From positions 3,700 to 67,699 of the forward strand of contig DASYGV010000008.1 in the NCBI GenBank assembly GCA_035999335.1: a stretch of DNA of 64,000 bases. The letters are read 5' to 3'. The DNA comes from Thermoanaerobaculia bacterium. GTDB lineage: Bacteria; Acidobacteriota; Thermoanaerobaculia; Gp7-AA8. Below, one piece after another: positions 1 to 10,554 of this stretch. Position 1 is the first letter of the stretch; every line of letters starts with the position of its first letter. The notes beneath the pieces were generated by a model. It searched no databases. It worked only from the letters and a program-made list of their open reading frames with translations, and was not told where the DNA came from. The translations under genes and the position numbers were made by a program.

Positions 1-867
1 CGTCGCGACGACGACCGGCAGATCGTCGGACGGCAGAAGATACAGCCCACGCTTCACCTCCGCGTGATCGATCATCCACTGCACGATCCGCTCGGGAAAG
101 AGGCGCCGCATCTCGTCGGGCCTGAAGTAACGATTGCGATCCTCGAACGGCAACCGGTACGGCCGTCCGTGCGTGAGGTTCGTCGTCATCATCTCGAGGT
201 TCACGCCCGCTTTGCGCAGGTCGCCGAACGTCAGCGGTTGCGCCACGCCGGCCACGCCATCGATCTCGTCCGCGAGCCACTCCGCCAACGCGATGCCGCT
301 GCTCACGCCGAAGCCGTTCTTCGGTAACATGCGATTCGCGAAGAGCAAGGCTTCGACGACGCTCGCAATGACGACCGCGCCCGCGGTGATCGCGGCGAGA
401 GCAGCGACGACGACCACGATCGCGACGTGATCCGCTGACAGCGCGGCAACGATCATCAGCGCGACGCCGACGAACGCCGCCATGCTGCCGAACGCGGGGA
501 AGCCGCGCAGCAACGCACGCACGACCGCGCTCCACTTCTTCGTCTCGATGTACGCGAGCGCGATCTCGAACAGCCGCGCGGTCTCGCCCGTCGGCTCAAA
601 GAGCCGCAACAGACGCGAGCGTCCGTCGACGACCTCCGACACCCACGCCGGGACTTCCGCGATCCGCTCGAAGCCGGCGCTGCCGCCGTCGTTCTGCCGG
701 CGATACTCCGCGGCCGCCGTGAGCGCCGCCGCAATCGCGCCCGCGGACGTCCCGCCGATGTTCGCGAACCGGAACTCCTTCGAAAGCTCGAGCACGGCTC
801 CCGGATAGACGATCCCGCTGGTGATTCCGCCCTTCATGACCAGGTCGCATTTCTTCATGCGGTCCAT
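1..867 (-). CDS. patatin-like phospholipase (partial; C-terminus beyond window start)
   Basis: Own translation of the minus strand from ATG at 867: MDRMKKCDLVMKGGITSGIVYPGAVLELSKEFRFANIGGTSAGAIAAAL. It has a glycine-rich oxyanion loop (KGGITSG) followed by GTSAG (GxSxG nucleophile elbow), the patatin signature. The frame is open to position 1, so it is absent from the ORF track. A long hydrophobic segment lies mid-protein. Confidence 0.75.
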   Translation of the reverse strand, partial: MDRMKKCDLVMKGGITSGIVYPGAVLELSKEFRFANIGGTSAGAIAAALTAAAEYRRQNDGGSAGFERIAEVPAWVSEVVDGRSRLLRLFEPTGETARLFEIALAYIETKKWSAVVRALLRGFPAFGSMAAFVGVALMIVAALSADHVAIVVVVAALAAITAGAVVIASVVEALLFANRMLPKNGFGVSSGIALAEWLADEIDGVAGVAQPLTFGDLRKAGVNLEMMTTNLTHGRPYRLPFEDRNRYFRPDEMRRLFPERIVQWMIDHAEVKRGLYLLPSDDLPVVVAT

Positions 868-899
868 GATGGCGGGATCGTGCGATAATCGCGACCTCG

Positions 900-962
900 A
901 TGCGCGCCAATCGATTTTTCGGCTTTACCCCATCTTTAGGAGCGAAGCTGCCGGCGCGCTAG
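900..962 (+). CDS. candidate Phe-rich leader peptide upstream of pheA (MRANRFFGFTPSLGAKLPAR)
   Basis: 20-codon ORF read by hand, with 3 Phe in 4 consecutive codons (ttt ttc ggc ttt). It ends 24 nt before a strong terminator hairpin that abuts the pheA RBS. No clear Shine-Dalgarno. Confidence 0.3.
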   Translation: MRANRFFGFTPSLGAKLPAR

Positions 963-985
963 AACACCATCAACAAACGATCGCC

Positions 986-1023
986 GAGGCCCGCTCCCAC
1001 AGGAGCGGGCCTCTTGCTTTTTT
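986..1023 (+). terminator. intrinsic-terminator-like hairpin in the pheA 5' leader (possible attenuator)
   Basis: GAGGCCCGCTCC-CACA-GGAGCGGGCCTC (12-bp stem) followed by TTGCTTTTTT. There is no upstream + strand gene to terminate, because the neighbour is divergent. The T-tract runs straight into GGGAGG (1024-1029) and ATG 1034. Confidence 0.55.
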
Positions 1024-1033
1024 GGGAGGAACG

Positions 1034-1867
1034 ATGAGAGTCGCATATCAGGGTGAGCGCGGTGCATTCAGCGAGAGCGCGGCCAGACGGCTGCTGGGCG
1101 AGGCGGCGACACTGCCGTTCGCCTCATTCGAGGAGATGTTCGACGCCGTGCGCAACGGCGACGCCGACTGTTGCGTCGCGCCGATCGAGAACAGCCTGGC
1201 CGGCTCGATCCATCGCAACTACGACTTGCTGCTCGACTCCGAGCTCGCCATCTTCGGCGAGACGAACCTGCGCATCGTGCACAACCTCCTCGGCTCGCAC
1301 GGAGCGTCGGTCGGCGACGTCCGCCGCGTCTACTCGCATCCCGTGGCGCTCGCGCAATGCGGTCGCTTCTTCCGCGCGAATCCGCACATCGAGCCAGTGC
1401 CCGTGCACGACACCGCCGGCGCGGTGCGCATCGTGATGGAGCGCGGCAACGACGACGAAGCGGCGATCGCCTCGGATCGTGCGGGAGAGATCTACGGCGC
1501 CGCGACGCTCGCCGCCGGAATCGAAGACCACGCCCAGAACTTCACGCGCTTCTTCCTCGCCGCGCCGAGAAACACGGCGATCCGCCCCGTTGCCGACGGC
1601 CCCGCGCGGCGGTGGAAGACATCGATCCTCCTGCGCGTCGCCAACAAGCCTGGCGCGCTGTTCCGCGCCCTCGGCGCATTTGCACTCAGAGAGATCGATC
1701 TCTCGAAGATCGAGTCGCGCCCGATCGAAGGAAGGCCGTGGGAGTACGCGTTCTACGTCGACGTCGTCGGGAAGGTCGAGGAGGAGCCGCTCGCGGGAGC
1801 GTTGGAGAACCTGAGGAGCATCGCGGAGCTCGTGAAAGTGTTGGGGTCCTACCCCACGCGGTGGTGA
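1034..1867 (+). CDS. pheA: prephenate dehydratase (PDT + ACT domains)
   Basis: ORF 821..1867 trimmed to ATG 1034, which has an RBS. MRVAYQGERGAFSE N-terminus, NFTRFF (TRF motif) and IDLSKIESRP (ESRP motif of the ACT domain). Confidence 0.9.
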   Translation: MRVAYQGERGAFSESAARRLLGEAATLPFASFEEMFDAVRNGDADCCVAPIENSLAGSIHRNYDLLLDSELAIFGETNLRIVHNLLGSHGASVGDVRRVYSHPVALAQCGRFFRANPHIEPVPVHDTAGAVRIVMERGNDDEAAIASDRAGEIYGAATLAAGIEDHAQNFTRFFLAAPRNTAIRPVADGPARRWKTSILLRVANKPGALFRALGAFALREIDLSKIESRPIEGRPWEYAFYVDVVGKVEEEPLAGALENLRSIAELVKVLGSYPTRW

Positions 1868-1872
1868 GCATG

Positions 1873-1942
1873 GAACGATGAGCGATGAACGATGAACTCC
1901 GCCCTCCCGGTTCATCGTTCATCGCTCATCGTTCATCGTTTT
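1873..1942 (+). terminator. perfect 25-bp-stem hairpin built from GAACGAT heptamers, followed by a T-run
   Basis: 1873-1897 gaacgatgagcgatgaacgatgaac is the exact reverse complement of 1910-1934, with a 12-nt loop, then atcgtttt. It lies 6 nt after the pheA stop. Confidence 0.6.
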
Positions 1943-1989
1943 CACCGTGCGTATTGCCACGTTCGTCCCATGCATAGTCTGATACCGTC

Positions 1990-4473
1990 GTGACACTGAC
2001 CGCCGGAACGAAGCTGGGTGCGTACGAGATCGTCGCACCCCTCGGCGCCGGCGGGATGGGCGAGGTCTACCGTGCGCGCGATCCACGTCTCGGCCGCGAC
2101 GTCGCCGTCAAGATCCTCCCACCCGCGTTCGCGGAGAGCGAAGATCGCCTCCGGCGATTCGAACAGGAAGCGCGCGCCGCCGGTGTGCTCAGCCATCCGA
2201 ATCTGCTCACCGTGTTCGACGTCGGCATGCACGAGCGCATGCCGTTCATCGTCTCGGAGCTGCTCGAAGGCGAGACCCTCCGCGAGCGGCTTCTGCACGG
2301 AGCGCTGCCGATCCGCCGCGCCATCGAGCTCGCCGTGCAGATCGCCGTCGGCGTCGCCGCCGCGCACGAGAAGTCGATCATCCATCGCGACCTCAAGCCG
2401 GAGAACATCTTCATCACCAGCGACGAGCGCATCAAGCTGCTCGACTTCGGCCTGGCGAAAGTCCTCGCCGACGCCGACAACGCGAACGACGCCCCGACCA
2501 TCGAGATCGTCACCGACGCCGGCACGGTCCTCGGCACGCCCGGCTACATGTCGCCGGAACAAGTGCACGGCCAGCCGCTCGACGCGCGCACCGACATCTT
2601 CTCGTACGGCGTAGTGCTCCTCGAGATGCTGACCGGCGTCTCGCCGTTCCGCCGCGAATCGCGCATGGCCACGCTGCACGCGACGCTGACCGACGATCCG
2701 CAGTTTCCGCCGGGATTCCCGGCCGCGTTCGAGCGCGTCATCCGCCATGCGCTGGAGAAGAAACCGCTGCAGCGATTCCAGTCGATGCGCGACGTCGCGT
2801 TCGCGCTGGAGACGTTCAGCGTGACCAGCGATTCCGCGCCCCCGGCGCAGAAGCGCGTGCGCGAGAAGCGCGCCGTTCCGCCGAAGCTGCCGACGTTTGA
2901 AAAACTCACGTTCCACCGAGGATTCATCCTGACGGCGCGATTCGCGCGAGATGCGTCCATCGTCTATGGCGCGGCGTGGGAAGACCGTCCGCTGGAGATT
3001 TTCGCGGCGACGCCGGGCGATCCACACTCGCGTTCCCTCGGACTTCCCACCGCCGACGTGCTCTCCGTCTCGCCGGCAACCGGCGAGCTGGCGATCTCCC
3101 TCGACCGCCGCTACGTCGCGGGATGGGTGAGCATCGGCACGCTCGCACGCGTGCCGGTCGGCGGCGGCGCACCTCGCGAAGTCTGCGAGGCCGTGCAGGA
3201 AGCGGAGTGGGGGCCCGACGGAAAGAATTTCATCATCATCCGCCGCGCCGACGACGTGTTCTCGATCGAATATCCGATCGGCAAGAGGATTTACGAGTCG
3301 ACGCGCTGGCTCAGTCACCTCCGCTTGTCGCCGAAGGGCGATCTCCTCGCGTTCATCGAGCATCCGATCTGGGGCGATGACGCGGGCTGCGTGACGGTGA
3401 TCGATCTCGAAGGCAACACGCGCATGAAGAGTCAGTCATGGGGCAGCACGGCCGGACTCGCATGGACGCCGAAAGGCGACGAGGTGTGGATCGCCGGGTC
3501 GCTGGGCGACGGAACCCGGCCGATCTTTTCGGTCTCGCTCGCGGGCAAAGAGCGCGTGGTCTTTCCCGTTCCCGGCCATCTGACGCTGTTCGACATCGCG
3601 CCGAACGGAGAGCTCCTGCTCTCCTATGACCACGTGATCCGCGAGGTCATCGCCGGCAAGCGCGGCGGCGAGGGCCGCAACCTCTCCTGGTTCGACTGGT
3701 CTTTCCTCTCCGGAATCTCCAACGACGGATCGCGCATCGTCTTCGAGGAGCAGCAGCGAACGACACGCGGGAAACACCCGGAGATCTACGTGCGCAAGCT
3801 CGACGGAAGTCCCGCGATCCACATCGGAGAAGGACATGCGCACGGGTTTTCTCCCGACGGCCGATGGGTGCTCATCCGTCCGCAAGGCGGCTCATTCGAG
3901 CTTGTGCCGATCGGTGCCGGCGAGCCGCGCGCGGTTCCGTGCAAAGGACTCGAGGAAGTGCTCTGGTGGCAATGGTTCCCCGACGGCAAGCGCATCCTGA
4001 TCTGGGGCAACGCGCCCGGCGAAGGCACGAGCATCTTCGAGCTGGCGTTGGACGGCGACGGCACGGTTCGTCCGGTCGGTTCCTCACACATCGCGGACTG
4101 GCTGCAGGCGATCTCGCCGGACGGACAACAGCTCGCCGCGACGAACGCTCGCGACGAGACGCTGTTCATTCAGTCGCTCGTGCGCGACGAAGCACCGGTG
4201 CCCGTCCGCGGCGCGCGTCCCGGCGATCACCCCGTTCTCTGGTCCGAGGATGGCGGACTGTACGTGCATCAGATCGCACGCACGAACGCGCTCATCGAGC
4301 GGATCGATCTGACGACCGGCGAACGAACCCCGTGGCACGAACTGAAGCCCGCCGATGCAGCGGGTGTGTCGAACGTCCAGCCGGTGTTCATAGCACCCGA
4401 TCTGGAGACGTACGCGTTCAGCTATCGCAGGTTGTTGTCGGAGATGTTCCTCGCGCGGAATCTGATCTCCTGA
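1990..4473 (+). CDS. Ser/Thr protein kinase fused to a PD40/TolB-like beta-propeller region
   Basis: GTG start. LGAGGMGEVYRARD, VAVK, HRDLKPENI, DFG and GTPGYMSPE (Hanks kinase motifs). The C-terminal ~530 aa carry repeated SPDG/SPKG propeller-blade motifs. Confidence 0.9.
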   Translation: MTLTAGTKLGAYEIVAPLGAGGMGEVYRARDPRLGRDVAVKILPPAFAESEDRLRRFEQEARAAGVLSHPNLLTVFDVGMHERMPFIVSELLEGETLRERLLHGALPIRRAIELAVQIAVGVAAAHEKSIIHRDLKPENIFITSDERIKLLDFGLAKVLADADNANDAPTIEIVTDAGTVLGTPGYMSPEQVHGQPLDARTDIFSYGVVLLEMLTGVSPFRRESRMATLHATLTDDPQFPPGFPAAFERVIRHALEKKPLQRFQSMRDVAFALETFSVTSDSAPPAQKRVREKRAVPPKLPTFEKLTFHRGFILTARFARDASIVYGAAWEDRPLEIFAATPGDPHSRSLGLPTADVLSVSPATGELAISLDRRYVAGWVSIGTLARVPVGGGAPREVCEAVQEAEWGPDGKNFIIIRRADDVFSIEYPIGKRIYESTRWLSHLRLSPKGDLLAFIEHPIWGDDAGCVTVIDLEGNTRMKSQSWGSTAGLAWTPKGDEVWIAGSLGDGTRPIFSVSLAGKERVVFPVPGHLTLFDIAPNGELLLSYDHVIREVIAGKRGGEGRNLSWFDWSFLSGISNDGSRIVFEEQQRTTRGKHPEIYVRKLDGSPAIHIGEGHAHGFSPDGRWVLIRPQGGSFELVPIGAGEPRAVPCKGLEEVLWWQWFPDGKRILIWGNAPGEGTSIFELALDGDGTVRPVGSSHIADWLQAISPDGQQLAATNARDETLFIQSLVRDEAPVPVRGARPGDHPVLWSEDGGLYVHQIARTNALIERIDLTTGERTPWHELKPADAAGVSNVQPVFIAPDLETYAFSYRRLLSEMFLARNLIS

Positions 4474-5359
4474 CGAAGACCGGTCCCTGCTCGTTGTTCC
4501 CACCTCGCGTGAGCTGCTTCAGTCCCGACCCATCGGGCTTCATCACGAAGATGTCGTAGTTCCCTTCCTGCTTCACGTCGAGAGCGATCGCGCTGCCGTC
4601 CGGCGCCCAATGGTGGTAGCCCGCGTCGATGTCGGTCGCGGTGATTCGCTTCGGTTCGGACCCACTCGGATCGACGGCGAAGAGCCCATACTTTCCGTCC
4701 CGCCAGGACATGTAAGTGATCTGTTTCCCGTCCGGCGACCAGCGCGGCGGCCCCGCGCGATACAGGTGCTGCTCGCCGATGGATTCCGGCGCGGGATGCG
4801 ACGTGAGTTGCCGCGCCCCTGTCCCATCGATGTTCATGATCCAGAGCTCCCCGGCGTCACCGGAGCGAAAGACGACCTTCGTACCATCCGGCGAGACGGC
4901 GGGATCGAGATCGCGAGCCGCGGTCGTCGTCAACCGCCGAAGCTCGACACCTTCGCGATCGATCCGGTAGAGGTCGAAGTCGTTCTCCTTCCGGATCGAA
5001 ACGATCAACTCCCCACAGTCGTCCCACCCATTCACGTGCGAGTCCGGCACTTTGTACGACGTGATGCGCCGCACGTTCCCACCATCCGCGGTCATCTCAT
5101 AGAGGTTGTAGCCCTTGCCGCCGGTATCGCGCGTCGAGACGAAGTACAGCCGATCGCCACACGCCCCATACACCCAATCCGTGCCCGGACTGTTGCTGAT
5201 GTTGCGCACATCCGAGCCGTCCGGAGCCATCGAGAAAATCTCGTAGTCCTTCGTCTCCGCCAGGTGAACGTTGTAGACGATTCGGTACCGCTCCGTTGCG
5301 GGGCGGTGGGCGCAGGACGCCAGGACGAGAACCACGATCGCCGCCAGTTGTCGGTTCAT
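4418..5359 (-). CDS. PD40/TolB-like beta-propeller lipoprotein
   Basis: ORF trimmed to MNRQLAAIVVLVLASC (lipobox), with GGAGG upstream. Repeated MAPDGS, VSPDG, WSPDG and WAPDGS blades. Confidence 0.8.
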   Translation of the reverse strand: MNRQLAAIVVLVLASCAHRPATERYRIVYNVHLAETKDYEIFSMAPDGSDVRNISNSPGTDWVYGACGDRLYFVSTRDTGGKGYNLYEMTADGGNVRRITSYKVPDSHVNGWDDCGELIVSIRKENDFDLYRIDREGVELRRLTTTAARDLDPAVSPDGTKVVFRSGDAGELWIMNIDGTGARQLTSHPAPESIGEQHLYRAGPPRWSPDGKQITYMSWRDGKYGLFAVDPSGSEPKRITATDIDAGYHHWAPDGSAIALDVKQEGNYDIFVMKPDGSGLKQLTRGGNNEQGPVFVRRSDSARGTSPTTTCDS

Positions 5360-5419
5360 GGGAAGAGTTTCCTCCAACCATGTCATACAACGAAATGCGC
5401 GAATTCTTTCGTGCTTCGG

Positions 5420-5815
5420 TCAGCCGAGATGAACGCGCCGAACATCGGTCTGTGCGAAGTCCTTACCCTTGAAACATAGCGGCTCACCAGAGCTCTTGCT
5501 GAGCGCGTAGGAGAAGCAGTCGCCGAAGTTCAGGCCAGCGGGATGACGGCCTTTCCCCCACGCGCGATACGCAAGACGCGCCTGCCTCGCTTGTTCGCGA
5601 TCGAAAGCGACGACCTCGATTCCAGCGCGCGAAAGCAACAGGTCGAGCTCGCGGCCCCCGTTCTCGCCGAAACGCGTCTCGATGACCAGCGCGGTCTCGA
5701 GAAAGGATGCGGCGGAGAGCAGTCTCGTTGCATCCGCCTCGATCGCGTCACGAATCGCCTCCGACTCCGGTTCGTTGAGCAGGATCGCCAGAAGGGCGGA
5801 AGTGTCGAGAACCAT
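5420..5815 (-). CDS. vapC: type II toxin VapC (PIN-domain ribonuclease)
   Basis: [13 protein letters not shown]-terminal acidic PIN motif and C-terminal GDCFSYAL. Its start codon shares 1 nt with the stop of the upstream antitoxin gene. Confidence 0.85.
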   Translation of the reverse strand: MVLDTSALLAILLNEPESEAIRDAIEADATRLLSAASFLETALVIETRFGENGGRELDLLLSRAGIEVVAFDREQARQARLAYRAWGKGRHPAGLNFGDCFSYALSKSSGEPLCFKGKDFAQTDVRRVHLG

Positions 5816-6069
5816 CAGCGTGGTAGCCCGCGTTTGTCATAACCCAGGATCTGATCGGGTGAACGAGCATCGATCACCGGCAGCGAAGCGCAGCGACGGC
5901 CAATCTCGCCGAGCTCCTCGGCCAACCCTCGCCGGCGCGTTCTCTTCTTCTCCCGCTCGAGCCGTTCCCGTAGCGACGTCACGATCGCTTCGGTCAACGT
6001 CTCCCCAGTTCTCGCCGCCAACTCCCGCGCGAGACGATCGGCGTCGGGATCTTTGATGCTCAGAGCCAT
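5815..6069 (-). CDS. vapB: type II antitoxin VapB-like (Rv0623/PSK_trans_fac type)
   Basis: ORF 5815..6165 trimmed to ATG 6069. [37 protein letters not shown]; 84 aa; TGATG overlap with vapC. Confidence 0.75.
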   Translation of the reverse strand: MALSIKDPDADRLARELAARTGETLTEAIVTSLRERLEREKKRTRRRGLAEELGEIGRRCASLPVIDARSPDQILGYDKRGLPR

Positions 6070-6077
6070 GGTCGTGA

Positions 6078-6105
6078 GTATATACGAGGTGGTTGTTGTA
6101 TATAT
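6078..6105. promoter_or_regulatory. AT-rich palindromic boxes upstream of vapB (candidate promoter/operator)
   Basis: GTATATAC (self-palindromic, 6078-6085) and GTATATAT (6098-6105) are 12 nt apart and begin 9 nt upstream of the vapB start. The patch is conspicuously AT-rich in a GC-rich genome. Confidence 0.35.
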
Positions 6106-6298
6106 TTCAGAACTGGCTAGCCGCAGCTTGCGATGCGCGCGCGCCACACCGGCGTCCGCGGCCAAGCTCGAAGACCAGACGTAAATCTCGCCGCGCGATA
6201 CAAGCGTCGCACATCGGAAGGATCGTGCAAAACATTGGAACGATCGATCAACGATGCCCCGCCTCGTGGCGTTATCTCTGGAGCTGACGAATGAATGA

Positions 6299-8484
<2,186 letters not shown>

Positions 8485-8500
8485 CGGCAACAAGAGGAAA

Positions 8501-9424
8501 ATGATGGTCGTGGCAGCTGACACTGTGACGCTCGCGAAGTTGATCGCCACACTCGTCCCAAACGACGGAACCGTCGAGCTTCGCCTCCCCGGTGTGCGCG
8601 CCGCCAGGGTGTCGCAGACCAACCAGGAGCCGCAGCATTACGTACAGCGTTCGTCGTTGTGCCTCGTTGCGCAAGGCGCGAAGATCGTGATGATCGGCGG
8701 CGACACCTACGGCTACGAAGGCGGACAGATGGCGGTGTACTCGATCGACGTGCCGATGGCGGGTCGAGTCACGCGGGCCAGTCACTCGGAACCGTACCTG
8801 CTGCTGATGATCGATCTCGATGCGGAGAAGATCGCCGAGATGGCTCTGAAGGTGTTTTCGCACGGCCCGCCGCAACCGCGAGACACTCGCTCGCTCTATG
8901 TCGGTGACGCCGACGGGAAGATCATCGATGCGGCGACGCGACTTCTCGAATTGATGGCGCAGCCCGTCGATGCCGAGCTCCTCGCACCGCTCGTGCGCGA
9001 TGAGATTCTGATCCGGCTGCTCCGCAGTCCGCTGGGGAGTCGTGTTGCACAGATCGGTCAGGCTGGGTCGAGCGTACAGCGAATCGGGAATGCCGTGTCG
9101 TGGCTGCGCGCGAATTTCGACCAGCCGGCGAACATCGAACAACTGGCCAAGCTGGTGAATATGAGCGTCACGTCGTTTCACCGGCAATTCAAGGCCGTCA
9201 CCGGCATGAGCCCACTGCAGTACCAGAAAACGCTACGGCTGCAGGAAGCGCGACGGCTGATGCTGACGACAATGATGGATGCGGGCAGCGCGGGGCGGCG
9301 CGTCGGCTATGGCAGCGCGTCACAGTTCAGCCGCGAGTACAACCGGTTCTTCGGGAGTGCGCCGATGAAAGATATCAACCGGTTACGCGAAGAGGGTTTC
9401 AGGCAGGGAGACGCTCTCGAATAG
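8501..9424 (+). CDS. AraC-family transcriptional regulator
   Basis: C-terminal double HTH: LAKLVNMSVTSFHRQFKAVTGMSPLQYQKTLRLQEARRLM and GYGSASQFSREYNRFFG. Confidence 0.85.
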   Translation: MMVVAADTVTLAKLIATLVPNDGTVELRLPGVRAARVSQTNQEPQHYVQRSSLCLVAQGAKIVMIGGDTYGYEGGQMAVYSIDVPMAGRVTRASHSEPYLLLMIDLDAEKIAEMALKVFSHGPPQPRDTRSLYVGDADGKIIDAATRLLELMAQPVDAELLAPLVRDEILIRLLRSPLGSRVAQIGQAGSSVQRIGNAVSWLRANFDQPANIEQLAKLVNMSVTSFHRQFKAVTGMSPLQYQKTLRLQEARRLMLTTMMDAGSAGRRVGYGSASQFSREYNRFFGSAPMKDINRLREEGFRQGDALE

Positions 9425-9450
9425 GACAGCGTGAGCGAGGAACGATGATG

Positions 9451-9651
9451 CTATGGTTTCCCATCGTACGGTCCGAATCGCGCGCGGATCTGGCTGACAT
9501 CGAGCCCCGCCGCTTTGATCTGTTCGTCGGTCAAGGAACGCATCAGCCGCCGCAGGATGCGCCCTTGCCGGAACCTCAGCCAGAGGACCGCTATCAGGGC
9601 CAGCGAGGAAACGATCGCGACAAGCGAGTAGGTCTCGTCGGACATTACCAA
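9451..9651 (-). CDS. small single-pass membrane protein, hypothetical
   Basis: 66-aa ORF with one hydrophobic helix (LVAIVSSLALIAVLWL) followed by a basic stretch. No family recognised. Confidence 0.35.
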   Translation of the reverse strand: MVMSDETYSLVAIVSSLALIAVLWLRFRQGRILRRLMRSLTDEQIKAAGLDVSQIRARFGPYDGKP

Positions 9652-9759
9652 CGAGTGTACCTCGATCCCGAATGACGCGCCGTCCCCCGCACCGACATGC
9701 CCCGCTTGACGAAATGCGTCGGTCGCGTTCGAGGGATCGATCGCATCTCGAGAGGCGAT

Positions 9760-9835
9760 TGGAGCGGGCGACGGGATTCGAACCCGCGACCAAGAGCTTG
9801 GGAAGCTCCTACTCTACCAACTGAGCTACGCCCGC
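9760..9835 (-). tRNA. tRNA-Gly (anticodon CCC)
   Basis: Hand-folded cloverleaf of the reverse complement: GCGGGCG acceptor, GCTC/GAGT D-stem, GGAGC-TTCCCAA-GCTCT anticodon arm, GCGGG-TTCGAAT-CCCGT T-arm, encoded CCA. Confidence 0.9.
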
Positions 9836-9863
9836 TCAGGCGTGAGGCGGCGATTGTAGCGCA

Positions 9864-10349
9864 TCAGTGGCGCGGGACCGACGGTGGTGGCTTGAGCCTG
9901 GACATCGTCGTGGATCGCGTGACCTTGCGCAGGGGTTTGCGTTTGCGTTTCTTTTCGCGGAGGAAGTAGATGAAGAGCGGGATGCCTACCGCGATCAGGA
10001 CGACTCCTGCGATCAGGCCGTTTTGCGGGGGGGCTGCCGATCGCTCGAGGAACGACTCCGACGGCACCTTCGGGTTGACGTAGGCGATCACGCGGCGGCC
10101 GGGGGCGTAGCGGTTGGCACCGCTGCTTCCGGAGATCCGCCCGTGCGGGTTGCGGTACTCGCGGCCGCCGTATTCGTAGCGATACGCAACCTCGATCGCA
10201 CCTGCCTGCGCGGTCGCTTTTTCGATCGTCGCCAGAACCTGCGCATGACCTTTACCGGTTGGCGCCGCCGCGTTGGCCAACGCCCAAACGACGATCAACA
10301 CGATCCCAGCGATGACGGGCACGCCGCCAAACAACAGTGCTTTTTTCAT
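9864..10349 (-). CDS. DUF3592-like membrane protein
   Basis: N-terminal TM helix, beta-rich middle (VAYRYEYGGREY), second TM helix and a basic tail. This architecture is typical of DUF3592. Confidence 0.55.
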   Translation of the reverse strand: MKKALLFGGVPVIAGIVLIVVWALANAAAPTGKGHAQVLATIEKATAQAGAIEVAYRYEYGGREYRNPHGRISGSSGANRYAPGRRVIAYVNPKVPSESFLERSAAPPQNGLIAGVVLIAVGIPLFIYFLREKKRKRKPLRKVTRSTTMSRLKPPPSVPRH

Positions 10350-10385
10350 TTAACCCGGGAGATCCTACCTCACCGGAAAAGCGCT

Positions 10386-10514
10386 TTACCACTTCCTTCG
10401 CAACTCGTTCGCATGGAAGAGCTGGGCAAGCACGAGCGAAACGCCGCCGAGGAGGGCGTACGTCGCGATCACCATCGGCGTCGCCGTGCCGAACTACCCC
10501 GCGAAATCGAGGCC
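10386..10514 (-). pseudogene. relic 3' end of an ABC-2 permease gene (duplicate of 13838-13966) with an in-frame stop
   Basis: Hand alignment to 13838-13966 gives 109/129 identical positions with no gaps. It translates to GLDFAG*FGTATPMVIATYALLGGVSLVLAQLFHANELRRKW*, against SLDFAGWFGTATPTVIATYALFGAGSLALAQLFHANELRRKW* in the intact gene (TGG to TAG). Confidence 0.75.
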
Positions 10515-10515
10515 C

Positions 10516-10546
10516 GAGGATGGGGCTCGTTCGAAGCCCCATCCTC
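10516..10546 (-). terminator. hairpin downstream of the M23-like gene
   Basis: GAGGATGGGGC-9 nt loop-GCCCCATCCTC, beginning 9 nt after the stop at 10555. The U-tract is weak. Confidence 0.4.
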
Positions 10547-10554
10547 ATCGAAGT

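Noticed and set aside
1942-3363. 473-aa minus-strand ORF antisense to the Ser/Thr kinase gene
   Set aside because: Its Arg/Ala/Gly/Asp-rich low-complexity translation carries no motifs and is fully overlapped by a + strand ORF with complete Hanks kinase motifs. This is a typical GC-rich shadow ORF.
4418-4473. 56-nt overlap of the convergent kinase and PD40-lipoprotein genes as a regulatory antisense feature
   Set aside because: Both ORF ends are poorly constrained low-information tails, so the overlap may simply reflect late stop codons. There is no structural element in the overlap.
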